DNA of 63,255 nucleotides, the filler included, from Kipferlia bialata (Eukaryota): NCBI GenBank assembly GCA_003568945.1. It is 5 parts of 5 records of this genome, joined end to end, with 100 filler letters (N's around TTAATTAATTAA, not from the genome) between each part and the next. Parts side by side here need not be neighbours in the genome. Positions count along the whole stretch, not along the records: positions 1 to 16,718 come from BDIP01000581.1; 4 more parts are not named here. The stretch is one strand, 5' to 3'. Numbering within the stretch: the first letter of the stretch is position 1; each line of letters opens with the position of its first letter. Below the pieces are notes generated by a model. It was not told where the DNA came from, searched no databases, and saw only the letters and a list, made by a program, of their open reading frames with translations. This document shows, in pieces, positions 1 through 11,887 of the stretch. A program made the position numbers and the translations under genes.

Positions 1-52
<52 letters not shown>

Positions 53-872
53 GACTTATTAAATTGGCTCACGTATTACCACGCCAAAGATTAGTGGTGT
101 GAAAGAGAGAAAAGACATACAATATAGAAGTAGAGAGGATGGGGGGTAGGGGAGGAGCAAGAGAGAGAGAGAGAGAGGTAGAGAGAGAATCAACAGAATA
201 TGCGTCCTCTGCCAGGGGGTGGAGCACCACTGTGTCATTATATAATGTTATAGGTAGAGAGATGGGGGGAGAGAGAGAGAGATACCTCTGCCAAGATATG
301 TAGCACAGCAGTGTCATTGGGCAGGCCCAACCTGATATTAGACCATCCACAGGATGTATACAAATAATACATTCATATATAGAATATACATAAAGTATAC
401 ATATAGTATATCTCAAGGGATCTGCCAATAGTTGGCTGGAGACACAAGAGAGTGCATATATCGAGTTATACTGAAATAGTACTCACAATAATATGAGAAC
501 TGGACAAGTGTTATTGGCTCTAACGGTATTCACAAAAGTATGTCGGCGAATGCCTATAGGTGTGGCCTAATTTGCGTATAGGTGAGGATATGACAGTTGG
601 ATTCCATTGTGACACAATATTGCACGTCAAAAACCAGAAATACTAATGCATGTACACATGTACTCATATACGTACTTGGCGCAGAGGGCAGAGACGCGAG
701 AGGTCACATCAGCCTCGGACATAGTGGGTTCAAGAGAGCTGGAAGCGTGAGAGATGAGACAGGCAATCTACCGTTGAAACGCTCAAGAGTTTATTGTTTC
801 TAAACCCTTTCTCAGCAGGTTCTTTTGGACTTGCCTGGATTGAGTGTCACCTCTTTAGCGGCCTCTCTGCAG

Positions 873-2415
873 ATGAAGAGCGGGTCGAAGAAGAACAGGG
901 TGACGTGCCAGGTGTGCCGGGAGATTGTGCCCATATCAGGCTACGCTGCGCACATGGGGAGGCATGGGCGCCTTGCCCTGGTGTACTGCTGTCAGGACGG
1001 GTGTGCACGCTACTCAGCTGTCCCCGAGAGCCTTGATGCACACTGCAGCGCAACAGGCCACAGACGCTACGACAACCCCCTGTATCTGTGCAGCAGGTGT
1101 CCCAAGGAGTACAACTCCTTCAAGGATCTCGTCCAGCATGAGTGGTATGTGTATCTTGTTCTCTCTCTCTCTCTCTCTCGCTCTCTCTCTCTCTCCCTCT
1201 TTGTTTCCCCCACCCACCCTCCCCCCCCTCTCCCTATCCAGCCCTCTCTCTAATAATGCAGGTATTATATGAGTTGTATGTGTATCTCTCTCTCTCTCTC
1301 TCTCTCTCTCGCTATCTCTCTCTAATAATGCAGGTATTATCATGGTATGCACAAGGGAGGTCCTACAAGGTGCCCCCTGGGGAGCAGAGCCAGGAACTCC
1401 AGGAATAACTTATTAATTTATTGTGTGTGCGATATGCGTCATTGGTGTCTGCGTTATGCCAATCCCGATATTCTTACATAACTCTTGTTATGGGGTTTCT
1501 TCTTTGGTATATATAGTAAGATTGTATATGGTAGTTCTAACACTCAGATGTGAGTTCGACTGTGGCAGGGACATGCTCCACCACTGCTACACCTCCTCCA
1601 GGTGTGACTGTTCCTACGCCTCTGCTTACGAGCTGTCTCTCTCTCTGAAGCCTCGACGCCCAGTGCAGAGAGAGAGAGAGAGAGTCCACCCTGTGCCGAG
1701 AGAGAGAGAGAGTGCCGCGAAGCAGGTCCAGCCTGTCACCCCCAAACATGTCTCCTCTGCTACCTCTCCTGCCCAGCCCCCAAGGCCCGTATACACAGCG
1801 GCTAAGCCTGTTCAGCCTTCCACTGTCACCAAGACTGCTGCTACTGCCTCCTCTCCCTCGTCTGTGGGTGATACTAAGGCTCTGGTGACCAGTCACACAA
1901 TTACGTGTGAGGTATGTTTCCATGATATTGTATTCGTTCATATATATACATCGGCATATATTACGGGTGGTGATACTGAGCCTCTGGAGATATAAGATGG
2001 ATACACACTCATGTATATTTATAGTATATCTTAGTATTCTTATATAGAAGTATACTATTATACTTTCAAATACAAGTCCACCACTTGGCGTGCGATTTGT
2101 GTATCTATACATACATATACGTGTGTAAACCCAACTCCATACATATAACCACAACTAGAACACTCATATTGATAAGTACATTTGCAGGTTATATGGGACG
2201 AGAACCAAAGAGCGAACCATCTGTATAGAAATGTGATACGTTGATATCATTGGTTGCTTGTAATAATCATGTTATATACATGAATTATTCATGTAATAAT
2301 CATGCATTAATCCAGGTTGGTAAGGGCTATGTGGCGAGTACTAAGCTGACCAACCTCCTACCAGGGTGTGGCATGTGTATGTGTACACCTCTCAAGGAAG
2401 GTGGGTCCCACACAC

Positions 2416-2451
<36 letters not shown>

Positions 2452-3567
2452 GTATACTTATACTCTCTGAGAATATGGGTCATGTGTATATCAATGTCTC
2501 CATCTCTCTTTGAATCATAGGTTCCTCCACCTCGCTTCTGACACACAGAGTGTATATATCTGTGCCAACCTCCACATATATATGTGTGTGTACCATGCCT
2601 CTCTTTGGCGAGATGACATTTCTCTCTCTCTCTATGTCTCTCCATCTTCTTTCACTCTCTCTCTCTCTTACTCTATAGGTGGCTACCGTGGCCTCAAGAT
2701 AGAGATCCAGGATGGTACTCTCGCCCTCACCTTCCAACCCACTGAGCCCATGACATCCGTCGCCGTTCTTGTGCTCACTAGTACTGTTGGTACCAAGAAG
2801 AGCACAATGTTCATCAGAGTCACACTTAAGGGTCAGTTATCCAGTATCTCACGTTGCAGCTCTGGATATTTCATATGTGTTGTATGTGATTCGTCAATAT
2901 GGTATATTGTATATGTGTATATGTGCACTTGGTAGGTGTTTCTGATATCCAGGCACCTCCCCTGTGTCCCAGGCTGCCATGCCGGTCACTCCATACGTGC
3001 CTCTCAAGAAGACACTGAAGGTATACGGAACTTGTATTTGTTAATATTACTATATGTGTTTAAATATATTGTGACTTCATATACTATATCCAGTCACTCC
3101 ATACGTGCCACTCAAGAAGACACTGAAGGTATGTATACATATGTGTTGGTTGATATATATAGACAATATATATATTGATATTGATAATAGTTGCGTGCCT
3201 CTTAATAACACACTGAAGGCATGCATATACTGATTATCTATACAGAATAATTGTAAAGGTATATAAGTGGAGCTTCAAAGTACATGTAATTATATACATA
3301 CCGCCTATCGCCATATATATAGAGAGAGAGAGTAGTCTATATATCAGTCTGGGACTCTATACACACCATAGGCTGAGCGTCACCGCCTCAGACATCTCTC
3401 TCTCTCTCTCTCTCTATCTATATATATATATATATATATATCAATATCTATATATATTTATCAATGCATATATATATATATTTATACATCAATATATGTG
3501 TTTGTCAATGTATGTATATACATGGACATTGACACCTAGGCTGAGCGCAACCGCATCTGACATCTAC

Positions 3568-3601
<34 letters not shown>

Positions 3602-3633
3602 TTATCTCTCTCTCTCTATATATATATATATAT

Positions 3634-3667
<34 letters not shown>

Positions 3668-5606
3668 GGACATTGACACCTAGGCTGAGCGCAACCGCAT
3701 CAGAGACAGGGTCAGGGCACCACCTGTCCACCATGTCCTGCACGAGAGGGGGGTCAGGTATACGTAGATGGATATTAATGTGTATTGTAGTATATATATG
3801 TATATTCAAGTACACCATGTCCTGCACGAGAAGGGGGTCAGGTATGTATTAGTATAAATATAGGAGATATAGTATATATGTATACGCTAATCTCGTCCAC
3901 CATGTCCTGCACGAGAAGGGGGTCAGGTATAGAATTTGTTTGAGTGTTTCTATTGATAATTCATTAACATGTATAGTACTTATATATATCTTATAAACAT
4001 TCATATATATATATATATATGAATGTTTATATATGTGTATGGAAGTACATATTTACTTGTATATGACTCATGTTGTGCATCAGGTCCTACATGAGAAGGT
4101 GTCAGGTAAATATACTTTTGTTTATTTACAAGACAATATATGTTGTTTTCATATCTACACGACAAGGGTCAGGTACGTATATAGAATAGTATTTCCTACA
4201 CCCTCTGGTTGTTGTATTCATTTGTAACACAGTGTAGTGTAAGAGTAACAGTACCAGTCTCATGTCCAGGTGCAATGACGTCACTCGCCCATTATATATA
4301 TTATATATATTACACGATATATGTGTGATATGTAAATGTATATTTGAAACAGAAGCTGTTACCAATACTCTGTCTTATGTCCAGGTGCAATGACGTACTT
4401 CTAGGTGGGAAGGTCGTGGGCAAGACCCACAGGCAGAACCTTGGAGTGTACCGCCCAGTACCGAGGTATTGTCCTCTATCTTTCAACACAAGCACATAAC
4501 ATAATACTGCTATTCCTGGTGTATATTAGTCCAAGGGAGATCATTGACAATTTCCATCAGTAGCCTTAGCGTTTTCTAGCAAATTCTAGCAACTCTTGAA
4601 TCTAGCATCTTACTCACTCCAAGGGAGATCCGAGACATCTTCCAGCACCGTCAGGGTGCACTTCCTGTGGATGCATTCACACTCACAGTCACTGGTGTGT
4701 ATTTTCACATATGTTTATTATTATTTTATACCCCTAAATATACCAGTAGTAATATCTCATTGGTATGGATAGTGAATTGTATAATATATATAATAGTCTT
4801 TCTTGTCTATCTCATGTACATACCCACCCTCCCCTGACGGTGAGGGTGAGGAGGATCGTTTCATACATAGATTACTCCTAATACCTATATATATTCTATA
4901 TGTGTGTTTGTATATGTCTACTCACCCCCCGAGAATGGTCAGGAGGAGAGAGAGGCACTACATATATTAATTATATATGTATGCATATTCATTAATATGT
5001 GTATTTATATATATTTATATTCTCACCCCCAGAGGAGGGCCAGGAGGCGAGAGAGGCACTAGACTATAGTGCTATATATATTTGTATATAGTTGTATATG
5101 CATACACCTCTATCCTCACCGTCAGAGGAGGGTCAAGAGGAGAGAGAGGCAGCGGCTGACCAGCACAGACTGCCGGCACTCACAGGTGCGTGTATATGTG
5201 CATATGGATATATTATATGTGTGTATTGTATGTATATTATATGTGTATATATTTAGAATGAGTGTCTCACTCCCAGACACCACTACCTCTCCCTCTGGCT
5301 CTGCCCTCTCTGGGATATATAATTATACATAGTATAGTATCACTACTATACGATATAGATAGGAACTTACATACTGACTCTACCTCACCCGACAGACACC
5401 ACCACCTCTCCCTCTGGCCCTGCCCTCTCTGCCATCTATACACAGAGACTCACTCTCTGTGTGCATCTGGAGGAACTCCAACAAGCAGAGGACATCAGGT
5501 ATTCTCACTCTCTGTGTGCATCTGGAGGAACTCCAACAAGCAGAGGACATCAGGTATTCTCTTTGAATATGCATATGTTATTGCCTCTCTGCCTCTGTCT
5601 CTCGAC

Positions 5607-5643
<37 letters not shown>

Positions 5644-8600
5644 AACCGTAGGCACTACGACGTGCAGCGCATCACACCCAAGCGGAGTGGCAGGTATAGA
5701 TTACTATTATTATATATTATTATTATACCCAAGCGGAGTGGCAGGTATGTATGCATACTTCTCTTGTAATATTACAGTATCTACAATGTAGATTCTACAT
5801 GTAATTATATTGATATGTTCGTGCAGCGCATCACACCCAAGCGGAGCGGCAGGTATGTGTGTTGGTCTCTGACTATATAGTGTTAACTTATTAACTTACG
5901 TGATACTCAGTACTGTGGTGTTTGTGTTTATTTAGAATACTAACTGCTAGATTCCACCGCTTTGACGCCAAGGTAGTATTTGTATTTATGTAGTGTTATT
6001 GTCTAACCGCTAGGTTCCTGCGCTTTGACGGTCTGACTGGCCTTGCAGAGTCCAGGCCATCTGTGTCGGTGGGTGGCTATGTATATATAGAATATATTAT
6101 TCATTATTACATATATATATGTATATGTATGTTCATATATATGATCCAGGCCATCTGTATCGGTGGGTGGCGTATGTTCTAGTATATGTTATATATTACA
6201 TCTATCTACATATGGATTCAGTATATGTGTGTATGTATGTACATATATATATGATCCAGGCCATCCGTGTCGGTGGGTGGATACGTATAGAATTGATTAT
6301 TCATAAATACTATGTATAGTGTAGTATTACATTAAAATATTTCACTGTAGATGTTGAGTGGAAGGGTATTTGCAAGCATGTACTGCAGTATTTTCTCACT
6401 GACTCCTTGGTTGGTGACACCGTTGGGTTCCTCGGCATATTATTGACTCCAGTTGTGAATCATCTCGTGTATTGAAGAGTATCTACAATAATATATATAT
6501 GCAATAGTATATATGTACTATGTATAGTATATATATACAATAGTATATATAATGACTGACCCCCAGGTTGGTGACACTGTTGGGTTCCTAGGCCTGAGTG
6601 GGTCTTCAGAGTACATGGGACGCATTGCTGAGGTATTCATTATGTTATGTATTGTATACTATATATTATACTATATTATGTTATACTCAGAGTGGGTCTT
6701 CAGAGTACATGGGACGCATTCCTGAGGTATCATATATAATATATATTATATTGTATTGTATTCATAGTGATTACTGTTCGTATTTGGTCGCATTGCTGAG
6801 GTATTAATCCCCATTTGTGTTGCTGAGATCACATGTTCCATCTATTATACTGACTTTGCCAGGTCAGGCTGGTATCCATCTCCATCCGTTTTATCGAGCA
6901 TTATGATGCTATTATGGTTGTATTGTATTGCTATGTATACACATATATGTTTATTATTCAATGTTTCCATCTCTGTCCTCTTCAGCTAATACTCTTTGTT
7001 TAAATAGTTTAGTATTAGTATACATATAGTATTTAGTGAATCCTCTCATTCTTTTGTTGAGATCTGTTGCACTTTCTAATGTACTTACTATTCCAGGTCA
7101 GACTTGCCTCCATCTCCGTTCTCTTTGGCGAGCTTCAGACACTAGGCCTAGTAGTTCTATAGTTATTGTTATCTATACATACATATACCATTCAATGTGC
7201 CATTCACTCCCAGGTCAGACTTGCCTCCATCTCCGTTCTCTTTGGCGAGCCCCCCTCCCTGTCTCCTGGCAGACTGAGGTTCCTACCATCCAAGGGACCG
7301 GTCATGCGTATGCATGCATCCATAGGTAGGAGTATAGAATTAAGTTATGTGTTATGTATGTGTATGTACTTTAGATGTATGAAGGGACCTGTCATGCGTA
7401 TGCATGCATCCATAGGTATAGATATATAGTTGTACACATTACTTAATAAATACGTATACTCTTGAGTGTGCATAATTGAATTGTGAATCAACGTGGTATC
7501 ACACACACGCATCCATAGATAGCTAGCCCTGGTTATTATTTGTGATATATATATATATATTGCTGGGTCTTGTGGAACTCACTCTCACTCGCATATGTGT
7601 GTGATATTTGTATATACCTGTTCTCACCCTCTAGGCAGAGTCAAGTCCACTGGCCTGATCCACAGACTGTGCCCATCCAGGGACAGTGCACTGGCTAGGT
7701 ATGTATATTTCAAAATTCATACACATATATATGTATATATATGTGTGTATGTATATATGCATATGTTATGTAAATGTATATACTGTCATTTATATCCACA
7801 GACTGTGCCCATCGAGAGACAGTGTACTGGCAAGGTATATATGTATATACATACCTCATATGTGTGTGTGTGTGTGTGTGTATTACTATTGTATAAGTGT
7901 TCACAGAGTGGGCCCAACATAGAGTGTGAATCAATACCCTTACACAAGCCAAGCCAAGGCTATCACATGTCCCTGTTGTCTGACAATAGTAGTTCTACAC
8001 TCTCAATGCCATATAGATTAATATAGATTAATATACTCAACACATACTCAATGCCATATAGATTAATATATACATCGTTAACACCAGCCTTGTTTCCTGC
8101 CCCACTGTTGTCTAACAGTGTAACAATAATACACTATTGCTATATATTGTCTCATGCTAGCCTAGCCAAGATGATCACATGTCCCACTGTTGTCAAGGAG
8201 GATGTCTGGAGGCCACTACTGGGGAGAGGGTTCACACCAAACACAGTGCAGGTTAGATCATGTTATTAATTGTGTATATATATTGTCATTGGGTACTTTC
8301 ATACCTGGTGTTTGCATATTTGTATATATGCATACTATATGTCTCTGTATATTTGTATATCACCTCAGGCCAAGGCCATGTCCGGGGCCCTCATGGATAT
8401 ACACTTACCTGTACATATATAGTCAGGCCATGTATATATATATATATATACAAATACACATACATATGTATACCTACTCACCCCAGGNNNNNNNNNNNNN
8501 NNNNNNNNNNNNNNNNNNNNNNNNNNNNNNNNNNNNNNNNNNNNNNNNNCATGTCCAGGGCACTAACTGTCAATATAGTATACCAGTATGTGTTAATAGA

Positions 8601-9795
8601 TATACAATATATATCAATCGATATATATATATATACAAATACACATACATATGTATATCTACTCACCCCAGGTCAAGGCCATGTCCAGGGCACTAGCAGT
8701 GACTGACAAGAGACCTTATTTAGTGTTTGGCCCCCCAGGTACATCCACTACATATATATATACTGTGTATATACTCTGAGAGCTATATATTTTGTATGCC
8801 GGAGTGTATATATCAGTATTGGCAGTGACTGACAAGAGGCCCTATCTAGTGTTTGGACCACTAGGTACAAACCATATATACTGTATGTACACTGTATGTG
8901 TGATATTTGGCCCCACAGGTACTCGATACTCTTATGTATCTCTTGTGTAGAAGCACAAATGTGCCCTTGGTTCTATATTTCCTACAGAGACTGACATGAC
9001 TTGATGACACAGTATGAATTATTATATCCCTTCATATCATATATGCATAATGTATAGTAAATACTGCCTTAACTTACCCTAGACACTGGCAAGACTGCTG
9101 TTTTCAACAATTTTCCTGTGATTATCGTGGGTATACGTGTATATGTACTAATATGGTATAATGATTATGTCCTTATCCTAGGCACTGGCAAGACTGCTGT
9201 CCTTGTGGCACTGGCTGCCATCAGAATCAGCCAGGGGCAGAGGTAGGAAATGTATATATATGAAAAATATAGATATATAGATATGTATATGTGCTGTCTG
9301 TGTATACTCTTGTGTCATGTCTCTTACCCTCAGGATCCTGCTGTGTGCCACCAGCAATGCCGCAGCAGACCATCTGGCAGAGAGGCTCATGGCACTGGCC
9401 CCAGGTGGGTATATTGTATATATGTTGATATATATTGCTCACATCCACATACCCAATTACATGTATGCATATATATGGCATTTTACATGTTACATATGAC
9501 TCATGGCACTGGCTCCAGGTACATTTCAACTCTCTCTATCTCTCTCGCTCTCTCTCTCTATGTATTTTTGTACATAGATAGAGAGGCTCATGGCACTGGC
9601 ACCAGGTGTGGATACTATCTGTATATATATAATAGTATTGGGTATTTCAGTATATAGTGGATCAGACTGATGAGAGAGGCTCATGGCACTGGCGCCAGGT
9701 GGGTATATTATATGTATATATTAAAATACTATATCTTGTATAATATTTTACATGTTTCATATGACTGATGGCACTGGCGCCAGGTACATTTCATG

Positions 9796-9834
<39 letters not shown>

Positions 9835-10078
9835 GTGTGTGTGTGTATATGTATTTGTACAGAGATAGAGAGGCTCATGGCACTGGCACCAGGTGTGTAG
9901 GATACTTGGGATGATACTGATATGTATCAAGTGTATCAACGTTGATTGCTGTAGACGTATTTCTTACCTTAGCCCTTCGTTCCCAGATAGTGCGTGTGTG
10001 TGCCTACCACCGTTCTGTCAGAACCATACCAGACAACATACTGCCACTGGTACCAATGGACAGGTTGGTATATATGTA

Positions 10079-10111
<33 letters not shown>

Positions 10112-10220
10112 GATACATCAACCCTATAGGGGTATGGTATCTCTCTCTCCCTCTCTCTCTCTATTATAGTATGGGTCGACAACATACTGCCACTGATACC
10201 CATGGACAGGTAAAGTCTCG

Positions 10221-10259
<39 letters not shown>

Positions 10260-11844
10260 ATTCTCGCGCTCTCTCCTTCTACCCATATATATATACATTA
10301 ATGTGTATTCACCACCTTACCTCATCCACAGAGATGGCCACGGTGTTGTGCCTCTCTCTCTCTCTCTGTATATATATATATATATATGTGAATATTGTCT
10401 CTCTCTATGTGTATGTAGATTTATTATCTAACAGCAGAGATGGCCACGGTGTTGTGCCTCTCTCTCTCTCTCTACGTATATATGTATATAGTCTATCTCT
10501 CTATTGATACTCCCACCTTATCCATAGAGATGGCCACCGTGTTGTGCCCAAGGACCTGTCCCCCTGGTCCTGTGTCATCACTACCTGCAGCACAGCTGCT
10601 GTACTTCCTAGGTATGTGTATATATATAGGGTATTCTTAAATGCCTCCGTCACTCCTTCTGGGCACAATTGTGTGACATGTTAGTAACCCCTCAGGGATA
10701 ATCACCCCTTAGGGTTTTGTTGTATTAGGACCCGGTTTGTGACATGTCACTAACCCCTTAGGGACAACCACATCAAATACACATTTCTTTCATACATAGT
10801 ATAGTGCCAATGCTTTGTCACATGTTACTCACCCCTTAGGGACAACCACATCCGGCACATGTCTTTGTGTAGTATATAAGGAAACTTCATATATAAGTAT
10901 CCATTTTGTGACATGTTACTCACCCCTCATATATCAATTCTTTCATACATATTATAGTACCAATGCTTTGTGACAAGCTATACTCTACCCCCCTTTACCA
11001 CTCAGGGACAACCACATCCGGCACATCCTTGTGGATGAGGCTGCCAGTTCTCTGGAGACTGACGTCATCAGTGCCCTGCAGGTGGTGTTCACTCACTTTC
11101 CAAGTATATGGATTTCTAGACATATATATCTGACTCACCCTCCAGGCCCCTCCATTTATGCTGGGTGGTGTATATTGTGTAATCTGGACACGTATATTTG
11201 TATATGTAACTGACTATTTCATTTGTGTATGTTTACTTGTTTCTTCTGCTTACTCATAAGTCTCCCCCTCGGCCTCATTATCCATATATACATATATATG
11301 TATGTATTACTCACTACCCAGGTCTCCCCCTCTGCCTCCATTGTACTGGGTGGTGACCCCAGACAGCTAGGACCCATAGTCACCAACGGGATATGCAGGA
11401 AGCTGGGTACGTATATGTATTGTGAAGTATGTATACAATCAATATATATTCAACTGGGCTTCTCTCATTCTAGGCTATGGCGTCAGTGCCATGGAGCGTC
11501 TGATGGGGGACCCGGGTATGAAGGGGAGGTACATATACGCGTATATATGTTGTGATATGTATTATAGTATATTGTTATAGTATAGAGATATATACGTATA
11601 AATTATTATAAATTAATGATGGAGGACCCAGGCATGAAGGGCAGGTAATTGGTTGCCATAGTTATCCTCCTTCCATCACTCATCTCATCTGTATTGGTGA
11701 TACTTCTATCCTATGTGATAGTCTCATATGTATTGGTGACACACCTCTCATGTCTCAGGTGGACCATGCTGACAGACAACTACAGGAACCACCCAGCCAT
11801 CCTGCACCCCTTTTCAGCCATGTTCTACAGGTATGAGTGTAGTG

Positions 11845-11887
<43 letters not shown>

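Noticed and set aside
1..50. Poly-G end as a telomere
   Set aside because: It is a homopolymer with no telomeric unit; similar tracts occur inside introns and at other contig ends
69..460. Possible minus-strand gene fragment (LGLPNDTAVLHILAE exon with an echo near 205-245)
   Set aside because: Too short and truncated to define a start or product, so it is not listed as a feature
2241..4500. Numerous short ORFs rich in YIYI/SLSL/ERER
   Set aside because: These are translations of intronic (TA)n, (CT)n and (GA)n microsatellites
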